Source: Cetorhinus maximus (Eukaryota). Taken from it: a stretch of 64,000 nucleotides of DNA. Positions within the stretch are counted from its first letter, which is position 1; each line of letters begins with the position of its first letter. The notes beneath the pieces are model-generated. The model searched no databases, was not told the DNA's origin, and worked only from the letters and a program-made list of their open reading frames with translations. The stretch is from the NCBI RefSeq assembly GCF_964194155.1, contig NC_135916.1, positions 992,001-1,056,000 on the forward strand, written 5' to 3'. Positions 27,701 to 42,182 of this stretch are shown piece by piece. The translations under genes were made by a program, and so were the position numbers.

Positions 27701-28676
27701 TTGCACATTTGAGGTGTTACAGTGCTATTACTATTCAATGCAGATATTTTTTGTGAGCAGTACAGCTTTACTCTGGGTATTTAACTCTCTGTAATGCACT
27801 TGTGGCTATTACTCTGCAGCTGCCAGTGACTGACATGTGAGGATGCATTTTGCATTCACTGTTGCTGACATGTAATGCATATTTTACTACTTAACTCTCA
27901 GTTACTGGTATATAGATGTGCAGATTTTATTCTGTATCAGTAATTCTGTGATATGTCAGTTTGATTCATTTTCCTGTTGTTTGGGTCAGGGTCAGAAGTA
28001 TGATCATGGAAAAATAAATATGTTGAAACTCTTAGGCTATTTTAAATGAATGAGAATTTAATTATTTCCTTTCAATCCCCGGCATGAGAATGTGGCCTAT
28101 GCTTATCATATTCTTGTAGGTGAGTATTGTCTTTCCTCCAGGTCTGTATGCACCTTGTAGGTCATTGTCGGTTTTGCCGTGAACATGTCAGCCTGTATTA
28201 CTTGAGTGTGATGTTCACATTGCAGCTTTCAATTTAGTGTGTGAGCATAGACCATTCGTTCCCTCCTCCCAACCCTTCAACCCAAAGCTACAGATTTTGA
28301 TGCATGTTCATGTGTGATTTTACCGTAGCTATCAACGTCTGCTTTCTGGGTACCCATTTTCTTCTTATTTTGAAAATTCTGATGTGGAAAAAATGATTTT
28401 ATTCTGCACCTCTCTATCGCTGGTATGTGTCTGTGGTTTTACAATGTAAGCATCTGCCCCTGTCATGGGAATTCAGGTTTCTTCTGTATCTGTCAGTCTC
28501 TCCTATGAGAGCGGTGAAACGTTATTTGCTGTACTTGTCAATATCTGCTTTGTCAGTTAAGGTTTAAGCTTTCTTGTTTGTAGAGATCTGTTGATATAAC
28601 TATTAGTGAGAATATTGCTCTGGCACGTGATGTGTATGTGTGTCTGTCTTAATGAATATGTACTTTATCATTATCA

Positions 28677-29295
28677 GGGGAGGCGATGGTGTGGTGATGT
28701 TGTCATTGGGCTATTAATCCAAAGACCTAGGGTAATACTCTGGGGACACGGTTTTGAATCCTGCCGAGGTTTGGCGGATTCTGAAATCAATAAAAATCTG
28801 GAATTAAAAGAATAATGGTGACCATTGTCGATTCTTGTAAGAATCCATCTGGTGCACTAATGCAGGAAACCTGTTGTCCTTACCTGGTCTGGCCGACATG
28901 CGGTGTTGTGTTAGACCCACTTGGCCACACAGTTGTAATAAACTGCTAAAAAGTCACAAAAATGGAATGGAATCAGATGGACCACCCGACATTGAGTGAG
29001 GCTCCGGAAACAAAAACGACTAAACTCAGCCCTGTTGACCCTGAGGGTAGATGGGAACACCTCCAGCTAGAATTTCCACTCCAAGTCACTCCACCATCCT
29101 GACTTGGAAATATATCCTGTTCCTTCACTGTTGCTGGGGAAAAAATTTGGAATTGACTCCCTAACAGCACTGTGGGTGTACCTACACCACGTGGACAGCA
29201 GGGGTTCAAGAAAGCAGCTCACCACCACCTTCTCAAGGGCAACTAAATGGTGGCACAGCCAGCAAAGCCACATCCCGTGAATGAATTTTAAAAAA
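28677..29295 (+). mobile_element. tRNA-derived SINE with LINE-like tail
   Basis: A-box-like TGGTGTGGTG, degenerate B box, tail GCAGCTCACCACCACCTTCTCAAGGGCAA...TGAATGAAT; absent from the first spacer. Confidence 0.7.
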
Positions 29296-29450
29296 GATAT
29301 TATATAGGATCTTTGGTGTTGAATTTATGGTGTTGCTTTATGAATGCTGGGTGCACTCAAGGATTAATTCTGTAAATTTCAATCAGCTTTAATACCTGGT
29401 ATTTAAATTACAGGCGATGTTCTACTCTTGTGACATGAAAGGGCTGCCCT

Positions 29451-30491
29451 TCAATCTGATAATGGCTGTGATTGTTGACTGCAATTGGTGGACCTGCAAT
29501 TAAGCAGTACTGAGTAGGAGTGTACTGTGGTAAAATTATTCCACCTCCCCTGAGTGTCTGACCATTGGATGGAGCATTTGTACCTAGTTTTGAGATCAAT
29601 TTGAGCCTGACTATTTCTGTTCTCGGTGATGGTGGAGCTGATGTTCTGTCTGTATCTCTGCACTCTCGGAGTAACATCGTACCTGCTGTCAGTTAGAAAG
29701 AGGTGGCTAGACTTTTATTTTTCCTGGGATATCATCAGCTTGAAATTGATCCTTTCATTGATTTGCCTGGGGGAAGAAACAAAAGTCTTATAACTCAAAA
29801 TCAGCAGAGGACATTGAAAGACAATAGGTCAACGTAATATTTCAACTGACAATAAATAAAAAAATATATATCTAAATGCAAAACATAACGAAACAATAAA
29901 AACTACAGTGTCTGATTCCACGTCAGCAACCTGCTTTGGTAGTTATCAAGCAATTGAGTGACACTCAGAAACAATCCACATCTGTATGGCTCCAAGGGTG
30001 ACACTCCCCGAGGAAACAAAGACAGTTCAGATTTCAATATCCTGCTCCTAGCCGGTGCTAAAATGTTTATATCTTAATAGCTGGTGCCTCCAATACGTGT
30101 CCCCTACATGGTTTCTCTCCTCCTTACTCTCTGCCTGTTTCGACTGTTCACTGTCCAAATGCCGACAAGTTGCATGAATCAGCAGCTATACTTGGAATAT
30201 GCATTACAGGTTTGAGGAGAGAAAATCCCAATAGTTTTCAATTGCAGCTTCCTCAAGTTCTGTCTCCCTCAGCAGGGCCACACACAGCCCCATAAAGGAC
30301 TCTCCCCGTTCAACCGCTCACTCCAAGTTCCTGAACACGTTTGCGCTCCGCTCCGCCTCTTACAAACAGCCCCCGGTTCTCCCTGAACTTACCCCGAGTC
30401 AATGATGATTTCTGTGTCCACACTGACAAACCGGCGACCTGCTGGAATCAGAACGCTGTTTATTCGCTTACCCGGGCCCTAAGATTTCCAT
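29451..30491 (-). CDS. Putative two-exon 83-aa protein of unknown function (30491-30472 joined to 29682-29451)
   Basis: GAAATGG start, GG|GTAAGC donor, CTAAC..CAGCAG acceptor, in-phase open frame; prediction only. Confidence 0.35.
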
Positions 30492-30524
30492 TTCTATCTG
30501 TTTGAAACAAAGATCTCCCGCTCA

Positions 30525-30640
30525 CTGGGCGCATGCGCTCTTCTAGTCATGTATGGGGAAACTGAAGGAGGGCAACAATGCGCACGCGCTTCTCTGGAAG
30601 AGACGTCACAGAACAAACGTCATTTGCTCCTCCCCTCAGT
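30525..30640 (-). promoter_or_regulatory. NRF1-type promoter
   Basis: GCGCATGCGC at 30529-30538, TGCGCACGCGC, GACGTCA. Confidence 0.55.
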
Positions 30641-31614
30641 CAATGTTCTCCAGCTTGAGCATCACAATGGGTCTGTGTGGAACGGGCAGAGTTTCAGGCA
30701 GGTGGACGACTCCTGTATGAAGCTCAAACTGATATCGCTCCCTGCAGCATCTTTGCTGTTCATTCACAGGTTTAGCAAATCAATCCGCCCAGTGAATCTA
30801 TGTGTTTGCTGTGACCAGGCAGAAGTTAATGTCTGGTCTTAAAATCACTGTTTAATAAAATCAGTTTGAACCTCTCAGTCACTGAGTGTCAATTCGAACA
30901 TTTTTTATCCAAAGTTTACAGAGAGCTCCAGAGGTTATGGATCATTACATTTCGGATACTATTCACCTCACCCACTGGCATTACTTCTGTGTGTGTGATA
31001 GAAATGTGTCTGCCTCTGGCCCAGTATTAGCTGGAGCTGAATCACGTCATCTCTCACCTCTGTGGGTCTGTCAGTTTTAAATTAGTTTTCCCGATCAGGT
31101 TCAGCATCTTCGGTCTTTCAAAAAGGAAAACTCTCAATCTTCTAATTTCCAATGATTAAAAGTTCAACTTGTTTATGATTCCCTCATCAGTCAACAGCAT
31201 CATTTCTGGAATCTAGTCAGGAAAATTCACTGAATAATTTCAAGAGAATTATATCCCTCTCTGGTTCTAAAGGATGTTTGGGACAAAATTATTAATTCTC
31301 ATATTTTTATATTCTATTGAAATACTGATGATCTGTATGCCTCTATCCGATGATAGATATGAGGGCCACTCATTGCTATATTGACACGTGGTAGCAATAG
31401 AGAGACCGATTTCTCTGCCTCTCCCTCCCTTGCTCCTTCTATCTCCTTCAATCTTGCTCCCTCTCCCCCCTATCTCGCGACTTCTGGTGCTGTGCAAGTT
31501 AATAATGTTAATGATAGGTCAATATACACTGGCAATGTGAACACTCCCCCAGTGTTATGAGTCAGAATGTCACTGTTCCTTCTCCTCTCGGAAATTCAGG
31601 CCTGACATTTGATC

Positions 31615-31765
31615 TGATTTCAAAATTGATTTCACCCGAAGGAGAGTCACACTGACTCGAAAAGTTGACTCTGTCTTCCTCTCCACAGAGGCTCTCAGAG
31701 CTGCTGAGTTTTTCCAGCTATTTTTGTTTTTCAGATTTCCAACACCTGCACTATTTTGCTTTTAT
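31615..31765 (+). mobile_element. Degenerate Penelope-type pLTR fragment
   Basis: GAGTCACACTGACTCGAAA..CTGCTGAGTTTTTCCAGC; copy at ~49985-50140; absent at ~12655. Confidence 0.65.
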
Positions 31766-32043
31766 TTCATCGGTTCATCTCCAATCAAAAATCGAAGCGA
31801 GCTCTGAAAAGCCCTTTCATTGTCAGGAACTTGACTATGCGCGAATTTGTGTTCATATATAACTGGCCCGCTCTGGTTGTTGAGATTGGGGTACATTGCA
31901 AACTGTGAAATTTTGACCCGTCAGTTCAGTAGGAGCAACATAAACAGGGAAGTTTGGAGGGACCGGGAGCAGTTAATTTGTATTGTCATCAGAAATAAAC
32001 ATCTTGATGTGAGCTTTTCAGACAATAGCGTGAAATCATATAT

Positions 32044-32935
32044 CACAGAATCACACACAGTGCAGAAGAGGCCCTTCGGCCCATCGAGTCTGCACTGACA
32101 CGTGAGAAACACCTGACCTACCTACTTAATCACATTTACCAGCACTTAGCCCATAGGCTTGAATGTTATGACGTGCCAAGTGCTCATCCAGGTACTTTTA
32201 AAAGGATGTGAGGAAACCCGGCTCCACCACCCTCCAAGGCAGTGCATTCCAGACTGTCACCACCCGCTGGGTTAAAAAAAAGTTATTCCTCACAGTCGCC
32301 ATGAACCACCTGCCCCTCACCTTGAACATATACCCCCTTTTGACTGACCCTTCAAATAAGGGGAACACCTGCTCCCTATCCATACTGTATATGCCCCTCA
32401 TAATCTTGTACACCACGATCAGGTCGCCCATCAGTCTTCTCTGCTCCAACGTAAACAACACTAGACTATCCAACCTCTATTCATAACCTAAATGTTTCAT
32501 ACCAGGCAACATCCTGGTGAATATGCTCTGCACCCACTCCAGTGCAATCACATCCTTCCTATAATGTGGCCACCAGATTGTACTCCAGCTGTAGCCTCAC
32601 CAAGGTTCTATACAACTCCAACATGACCTCCCTACTTTTGTAATCTATGCCTCGATTGATTAAGGCAAGTGTCCCATATGACTTTCCCCCACCCCACTAA
32701 CATGCCCCAGCGCCTTCAGAGATCTAGGGACACACACGCCAAGGTCTCTTTGTTCCTCAGAACTTCCTAGTGTCATGCCGTTCATTGAATACTTCCTTGT
32801 CAAATTACTCCTTCCAAAGTGTATCACCTCACACTTTTCACGGTAAAACTCCATCTGCCTCTTATCTGCCCATTTGACCATCCCATCTATATCTTCCTGT
32901 AGCCCAACACACTCAACCTCGCTGTTAAACACCAA
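32044..32935 (-). mobile_element. CR1 3' fragment
   Basis: QMEF..KCEVIHFGR, QRDLGV and LEQRRLMGDL motifs; absent from the paralogous site at ~17528. Confidence 0.9.
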
Positions 32936-33656
32936 TCTGCGAATGAGACCATCTACGGCTCCCATGCCACAGAGAGCTAAACGTTCGCTGAGTTTACAAT
33001 CGACAATATTCTTCAAAGGAAAGGGAGCAAAGTACGAAAAAGGGGAGGAATTCACGCCTGAGAGCTTCACATTATTGACCGCTGTTCCCTGTAAACATGT
33101 AGATGTGAACATTGTGTAAGAGAGTGTTGGAACTGGGCGGGAGAGTCAGAGGAATGAAACTGTGTTTGTGTGTCCGTTCTGATCATGAGATTTCCGAGTT
33201 CTGCTTGCCTAAACTAAAAATATTTTCTATTCATAAGTTCCCTCTTTTCCCCAGCTTGACGCCAAAGTGAGATTTAAAGACAATTTCTTTGTTGTTATCT
33301 AGATTTCAGTCGAAAAGTAGAGGACATGTCAGAGATCGGGTGAAGGAGCCGCAGTAAATCCGGTTTTAATCGAAACTCGAGTCTTCAATTCGCGTCAAAT
33401 CTTTTCGACAGCAAACATTACAATGTCAGAGATAAGAAGGATTTAGTCTGGGACACTGGAGAGCCGGAATTTCCATGGAATTGGGGAGTTTGTGAGGAGA
33501 GAAAAACACAGAGAGGCAGCAGCAGCCTGGAGCTGACAGCAGCCTGTCTCCGCCCCGTCCGCTCGCTGCCTTTAAGTTGCTCAGTGCCGCCACCAGCGGC
33601 TTCATTTCTCAGCCCGTTCACATTGACAGAGACACTTTTGTGCAGAGTCCCGGAAC

Positions 33657-34313
33657 ATGACCGATACTGCAGCCGCCGAAACGGCTCCTCCAGCCGCTCC
33701 CGCCGCCCAGGTCAAGTCTCCCAAGAAGAAGAAGAAGGCGGCTCCCCGGAGCAGTGCAGCCGGTCCCAAGCTGGGCGAGCAGATCCTCAAGGTTGTGGCG
33801 GATTGCAGCGATCGCAAGGGGATGTCGCTGCCCGCGATCAAGAAGGCGCTGCGCGGCAATGGGGTGGATGTGGAGAAACTCGGCTCCCAGATCAAGCAAA
33901 GCATCAAGAGGAATGTGAAGAATGGCTTCCTGGTTCAGGTCAAGGGCACGGGCGCCTCGGGCTCCTTCAAAGTCCCTAAGAACACAACCCAGGGGAAAGT
34001 GGGAAAGAAGGCGAAGGCAGCAGCTGGCAAGAAATCTCCAGTGAAGAAAGCGGCAGCCAAGAAGGTGACAGCAAAGAAAGCAGCGGCCAAAAAAACTCCA
34101 GTCAAGAAAGCAACGGCCAAGAAATCTCCAGTCAAGAAAGCAGCGGCCAAGAAATCCCCAGCGAAGAAAGCAGCGGCCAAGAAAACAGCCAAGAAGGCGG
34201 CAACTCCCAAAAAGCCGGTGAAGAAAGCATCCCCCAAGAAAAAGTCTCCGGCCAAGAAGGTGACGGGCGTCAAAAAAGTGGCGATAGCGAGGGCCAAGCC
34301 CAAAGGGAGATAA
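33657..34313 (+). CDS. H1: Histone H1
   Basis: 218-aa paralog; stem-loop at 34371-34386. Confidence 0.97.
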   Translation: MTDTAAAETAPPAAPAAQVKSPKKKKKAAPRSSAAGPKLGEQILKVVADCSDRKGMSLPAIKKALRGNGVDVEKLGSQIKQSIKRNVKNGFLVQVKGTGASGSFKVPKNTTQGKVGKKAKAAAGKKSPVKKAAAKKVTAKKAAAKKTPVKKATAKKSPVKKAAAKKSPAKKAAAKKTAKKAATPKKPVKKASPKKKSPAKKVTGVKKVAIARAKPKGR

Positions 34314-35193
34314 GCAAAGACAGAAAAGAAGGGAAACATCCCAAGCAAATTGTAAACCTCTAAAGCCTAAGGCTCTTTTCAGAGCCGCGCACATTTCACA
34401 TGAAAGAGCTGATCTCCTAATCATTTGATCCCTGTCTCGGAGCTGGGAGCTGATTTCAGATGGAAATGTTTCTTTATCCTTCCACTTAAATCCCATTTTC
34501 CCGCTCAGTCATTGACACACTCTCCACCCGTCCCCCCCCGCACTGTGCAATAAAACACAGGGATATCCTTACAGCTCCCTATCCGGGATGTGTCCCAGTG
34601 CATTCAATGTTTATCTTTTCTTTATTCACATTTTCAGGGTGAGAGTCTGCAATGGAGTGAGCATCGCTCAAAATTCCGCCTCACAACTAAGGCCCATTAC
34701 TGTTGTTTCTCTAATTCTGTTGGAAGAGATGTTAGGGAATTTCTCAATCCCTTTATTTCATTGTGGAGGGGAGAGGTCGGGGGCGAGTCTAGAGTTGTGT
34801 TGGTATAGAATAGGAGAGGGATTGAAATAGACGTAAACATTTGACGCTTAATAGAATTGCAGTATCGAGGGGGGGATATTACTGAGAGGATTGGATTTAA
34901 TAAATTCGATTTTCGAGCTAGCTGGTTAATGATGTTGAAGTATTTCAGTTACGTTTAAAGCTCTTTGTTCAATTCTCTTCAGAATTTGATAAATAAATGT
35001 ATTTCGGGCAGGCAGGAGGAAGAGCTGGTTTAACAAAGAGGTTGTTCTGTCTGTCACTCAGTCTCTCCCGCCCCGCCTTTCACACACACACTCTCTCTCT
35101 CTCTCTCTCTCTCTTCCTCAGTCAGGTCGGGGCGGGCTGTATAAAAGCGGAACGTGAAGCAGCTCCTCACTCATTCAGCAGCGATTTGACTGA

Positions 35194-35514
<321 letters not shown>

Positions 35515-36787
35515 ACAAATCGACCCGACTCTATAACAAAATCCAAAGGCTCTTCTAAGAGCCGCCCACAACCTCACATTGAGAGCAGTGACCTCAGAGC
35601 GGGAGAGGGAAAGCGAGATGTAGTTCATAAAAACATCTTTTTCATCTGCGCATTCTCCATTCGGTATTCTATAGTGAGTTGCACAAGGTTTCATGGTTTA
35701 ATTTCGTTCGGTTTTCAGGAATTCACTTCCTTTCAACCTCCAGAAAATCGATTCCCAGCCTGGCTGAGGAACACGACAGCTCCCAAACTAACACCGAGTT
35801 CACAAGATAAAGGCCATCATTTCTGACACTTTAATCAGGAGTAACTATTTTGGGACCCATCATTCTCGCTTCATCGCCCCATTATTACCCTGTCTTTTTT
35901 CTGCGCCATCTGTTCCTGGGTCTTTGAGACATGACAGGGTCTGGGAGGTACCAGTATACCAGCTTTAAATGGATCAGCCTGTATCCATGCTGCATGTTGT
36001 CTGGTTCCAGGAAGCAATGAACAACTTTACTCTGGCCTGTATCAGGGCGATCAATGAAATAACCCGAATTTAAACGGGAATGTAAGGCGAATATTGAGAG
36101 GCTGATTGAAAAATGTGACTACACTTAATCACCTCGATTCTGCAACCCAGGACGGACGGAAGGATGTGGAAGATCTGATTTTGCTGCATGGTTTGGACTG
36201 TGAAGATACATTTACGCACGTTGTGTAAGATAGTTCAAATATATAAACTTAAGAGATAAACTTGATTTACAGAAAGGGTGCGCAATCCGCCCACACACAT
36301 CGCCTCCCCCAGCCATAAAACACTAGAAACAAGAGCCAAGCCATTCTCTCTATAACATCTATAGGGCTTTGACCTGAATTAACCGATAACGTTGATCAGG
36401 TTTATATGGGAGTCCAGAATTCCGCCCATCAATAGAAGCTTTATACCAGCCTGCTGTAAACCGATCAGGGAATGAATGAGAATTTCATCCGTGTTCGAAA
36501 GCAGGAAGTCGGAGCTGGGACGAAAATGGGTCTCGCGAACATAGAGACATTGTGATATTTGTCCATTCAGATTGATGTTATCAGCATTCAAACTAGGTTT
36601 ATTTTAATTTCAGTTACTCGTCCCTCTGAAATTGGCGGGCATTTTGAAATTGATGAACTGTCAGTTTCTGCTCCACCAATCAGGGCCCAGAAATCCATGC
36701 AGCCCCGCTGCTCTTTTCAAATTTCTCGGCGGGATTGCGCTGCATCCAATCAGGACAGGAGGGAGGTGACGGACATGTCTTAAATAG

Positions 36788-37255
<468 letters not shown>

Positions 37256-37573
37256 ACTCACCCTACCCGACTCTAGACTTACCCCGAGAACCAGAAAGGC
37301 TCTTTTAAGAGCCACCAAGTCGGTCAGAGAAAGAGCTGCGATCTATTGTTAAAAGACGCCACCTCTTCTGCATATAATTTCCATTTTTTTTCACCCTATA
37401 CCTTTCCTTTGCTGCCTTTGATGGGCTTTGGAAAGACGGTTATTTTATTATTCCAGGAACGTTTTCCCAAGTAGTGACAATTGAGGAAAACACACATCCC
37501 ATTGGCTTCTGCACATTATCAATCACATCTCTGTTTGAGTGACCAATGTGGAGGATCCACGCATTCACTTATT

Positions 37574-37757
37574 TTATACCTTCGGAAGGAATGGCGGTGC
37601 GGTCAATGCTTATTGGTCCATTTTATTACAGCTGCTAATGTTCTTCCTATTACCAATCAGATCCCTGCATGATTCACCAACGTGGAGACGTCACGTGGTT
37701 GACGTCCGAAAGTAATGGCGCCAAATCGTCAGTTACCAACCCATTATATATTTCAAA
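37574..37757 (-). promoter_or_regulatory. Orphan H2A promoter homolog with no CDS
   Basis: Paralog of 21949-22135 and 3389-3570. Confidence 0.75.
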
Positions 37758-39949
37758 TTTGCAAGACCGCCAAAAAAATACGGCACAAAAATCGTAATAG
37801 CTAATTCCCTTTTTAAATTATAACAATGCGCGATTCACCCAATTCTCTCCAACTTTTTGACATCCTGCAGTTTACCTGTATCTGTTAGTTTCTGACTTTT
37901 GAGTGCGGAGTTTCATGTATCTGACATGAAGCAGAAATTAAAGGCGCCAATTTTGCAGGAACCGAGCCTTTGTTTTATTGAACATTGAAAAGCCCGCCTA
38001 AACGTGTGTAAAACGAATAATTAATTTGATACAGAATATTGCCTTAACATATAACACAGTCATTTCCATAGTTTAAAAGATTGGTCTCCCTTATTGCACT
38101 ATATCATATTTGATCACAAGCCCCAAATTGGCTATTAAAATCCGGAATCCATTCGGGTTTAATCTCGGACCGTTTTTCCAGTCCTCTTAGTCTATGTTCA
38201 ACATATTCTGGCATGTGAATATGGGCTTTTGTTAGGACTCTCTGCACCTTGTATATCATTGTCCATTCTTTGAATATGATGCTCACTTTTCAACTTTTTA
38301 ATGTAGCATGTGAACATGGATTTTAATCAGGACTTATCAGTTGTTGACTGTGTATAAGTGTCATATTCCTTCTGTATGTATCAGCCTCTGGTGCTGTGTA
38401 TGAATCTTGCTAACCTTTGTTATGTGCCTGTTGTGGTTCTGGAAATGGCTGCAGAATTAATACTCTAAATGTAAATTTTGGACACTGTGGGCATTGAATT
38501 CGTTTTTTTTCTTTCACCATATCTGTTAAGAATTGATGAATTGTGTGTTTTATTATGTGTTTTCACTTAGTTGAATACTGTGATAGAGTTGAATTAATCC
38601 TGTACCCACCAGTGTGTTGTATTGTATGTGGAGGAATACATTTTGCCCTCTGTGTAGGACTCTGTACTGCTATGCATGGAAGAGTGCATTCATTCTATCT
38701 GCAATATTTTCTGGTACTATCCGTGAGAGAGGGATTCCATCTGAATCTGTCAATATCTGGAACTAAATGTGAGAATGAAGTTGATACGGATCCAGCCAAG
38801 CTGTTTGAGAGCAATATTTTTTTGTGTGTCAGTCAATCTGGGCAATTTTATGTCATTCTGGGTTTTTGGCTCTGCGTCCTTAAGACTTTTCTAAAAAGAT
38901 TTGTGTATGTCTGTGGCTCCTGCTCTCCATTTAATTCCCTGCTACTCTGTATGTGGTTGAATAATGCATTGCTTCCCAATATATTGTTAGTTTCTTGCTC
39001 TATATTTATTAGTCCCTTAAATTGATGGAGTGTGTATTCACTCATTTAGCTGACAGTGAGTGTGATTCATTCAAATTATCCCTGCATCTGCTATTGCATG
39101 GGAATGTGCCACTCTCTGCATGTCTTTCAGTGCCTAGTACAATGCATGATTTTGGGATTAAATTGTACATGACAGCGTCCGGTAAGGTATGTGTTTGTGG
39201 AGTTATTTCTATAATGTTATGGCCTCTATGATTCTATATGAATGAGATTATTTTGGTATACTTCAGTTTCAGGTAGGCTAAGTGAATGTGGGGTTCATTA
39301 TTTATCTTTCAGCCTTGGTGCTTTCCAAGAGTAAGTGCTAAGGGTTAACAAGAAGTGTTCAGAGAACTTACATTATGATTCTTAGTGAGAATATTGATAT
39401 GGCACGTGTTGTGTATTAAGGTCTGTATTCATTAAAATTATATTTTACCTTTATTTCAGATATTGTATGAGATCTTTGGTGTGGAATTTAATATGTTGTT
39501 CTGTGGGGCATCTGGGTACATTCTTAGCTTCACATATACAGCTGATTGAAATGCACAGATTTAATGCTAAGACTCCACTCTTGTGAAAGGAATGGATTGT
39601 CTTGCAATCTGAAAATGTTTTTGGATAAGATTGATGGGCCTACCATTCTGTGACACTCAATGAGTGTGAATTGGGGATAATATTCTGTCTCCCCTGTCAT
39701 GTTTGAATGTTGTATTGAACATGTCTGCCCATTTTTGGTTTAACCTATAACATGGGTTCTACCAATGTTATAGCCATAGGTTATATTCTGCAGTTGCATC
39801 GGAGTTCAAGAATGGTACTCAATTTGTAGCTCTGTGAAAACAATTGTGAATAGCTACATCCCCTTCAATCAACTATATAGCCTCACCTGTAATTGATGCA
39901 GTTTGTAGTCAAGGAATTACCATTGTACCTTTATTCATGCAGAGCTTTT

Positions 39950-40430
39950 CATAGAATCACAGAATCACACAGTGCAGAAGAGGTCCTTCAGCCCATCGAG
40001 TCTGCAACAACACGTGAGAAGCACCTGACCTACCTACCTAATCCCATTTACCAGCACTTGGCCCATAGCCTTGAATGTGATGATGTGCCAAGTGCTCATC
40101 CAAGTACATTTTAAAGGATGTGAGGCAACCCGCCTCCACCACCCTCCCAGGCAGCGCATTCCAAACCGTCACCACCCTCTGGGTAAAAATTTGTTCCTCA
40201 CATCCTTCATAAACCTCTTGCCCCTCACCTTGAACTTACGCCCCCTCGTGACTGACTCTTCAGCCAAGGGGAACAGCTGCTCCCTATCCACCCTGTCCAT
40301 GCCCCTCATAATCTTGTACACCTCGATCAGGTCGCCCCTCAGTCTTCTCTGCTCCAACGAAAACAACCCAAGCCTATCCAACCTCTCTTCATAACTTCAA
40401 TGTTTCATCCCAGGCAACATCCTGGTGAAT
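39950..40430 (-). mobile_element. CR1 3' fragment
   Basis: Duplicate of 24313-24794; LGLFSLEQRRLRGDLIEVYKI. Confidence 0.9.
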
Positions 40431-41917
40431 ATTTTGTTAGACTGCTATGAAATATATAGCCCTGTCTAAATTCTGAGGCACTGCTTTGCATTTTATTAAG
40501 TACCTTACAGTGAGCTATCTTATTTTCTGTTCTGGCTAAGAGCAGTTAAATAATATCTGATGAGAATGAAAGAGTGAATATGATATTTGTTGTGTATTCT
40601 GTTAATCCTTTGATATTCTGCTGGATTAGATGCTAGATGGATATATAAAGCAAGTTAATGAAGACTCACCGGATCTGTTTGTCTCTTGGATTGAACAGTT
40701 GTCTCTTCCCTTTGAAACAGTGTGGGAATGAATGATTATTTATTTGTGACAGTGGACATAATGACCTGGCAGCATCTCTGTTCTCTGTGAGCGATGCTGC
40801 ACCTACCTTGTGTTGGAACAAGATCACTTTTCATCTTGCTTATGTTATAACTTTTATAGTTATCACTATTATGTATCCACCTTAGTTACTAGCCTCATCT
40901 GTCAATGCATAGCATTGTTTGTGAGCTGAGATTTGTTCACTTCTTTTTAAATTGATCCTTTCAACCATTTTATGTTTACTATTGTTTCCACTCCATATTA
41001 ATTTATTAATTTGCAGGCCTGTACTATTATTTGAGTAATGTTTCCATTTTTAAAAATGAGGCTGAATTTCACTTTCATAACACATGGGTGATAAGATTAT
41101 TTTGTCATCTTATTTGAATTAGGATCCCCTTCTTTTCTGCAATTAATTCTATGAATTGCATGTAAAGTCACTGGGATACATTTAGGTATTTTAACTTGTA
41201 TCAAATATATTTTTTTCTCTGGAATGGAAGTGTGATGTTGGTCTGTAACTCTCAGGCTGTATTTGCAATTACACTGCACGTTAATTTGTTGTGAGTGAAT
41301 GACTTTTTAAAAAATCCATCCATGTCTTTTTTTTTAGCATAAGATGTGTTTCATTCTCTATTTTCCAGTTTTCTTTTAGATAATGAGTGTAATTTCTGTA
41401 TAATTGTGTGCATTTTCAGGTATGTGAGTATGATTAGTTTTTCTCCTCCAGTTGTATTTATTAATTTCTCAGAGGCTAAAATGTGACTTTGCCATGGTAC
41501 CTGTCAGTTACTGGTAAGTGAGTGCTGGTGTTACACTGTCCCTGTGAATATCTGGTGTATGAGCATTACTTTGTAGCACTTCATTACTTGCAAGTGACTT
41601 TTTTTTCTCCCTCTATCTGTCAGTTTGTGGCATGTGAGTTTGAATGTGTGTGTTGGGCTTACTTGGCATTTGACTGTTTTGTTACGTGTCTGCTAAGTTA
41701 ATGTGAATATACACTTTTTTTTTCAGTTTTTAAAATGTAAACATGTGTTTGAGTCTTATTCCCGGTCTCTGACATGAAAATGAGGAAATACCATAAATGT
41801 TTCAGATTTTTTTTCTGTATGTGTCACATATATTCTTTAATCATTCGTCTCTTGTAAAGAAATTCTAAGATTTACTCAGATTCTCTCAGTAAAGTTATGT
41901 CATTGTGTGATTGTTGA

Positions 41918-42182
41918 ACTGTGTGTGAGCCTGTCTGTGTGTGTGCGCCTGTCTGTGTGTGTGCGCCTGTCTGTGTGTGTGTGTGCGCCTGTCTGTGTGT
42001 GTGCGCCTGTCTGTGTGTGTGCGGGGGGGTGTGTGTGTGTGTGTGTGTGTGCGCCTGTCCTTGTGTGTGGGTGTGTGTGCCTCCCTGTGTGTGTGCGCCT
42101 GTCTGTCTCTTTGCGTGCCTGTCTGTGTATGCGCTTGTCTGTGTGTGTGCGCCTGTCCTTGTGTGTGGGTGTGTGTGCCTGT
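41918..42182 (+). repeat. Compound (TG)n-CGCCTGTC minisatellite
   Basis: Repeated GTGTGTGTGCGCCTGTCT units. Confidence 0.93.

Noticed and set aside
29408-29677. 89-aa minus-strand ORF overlapping the putative exon 2
   Set aside because: Interrupted by TGA in both paralogous spacers
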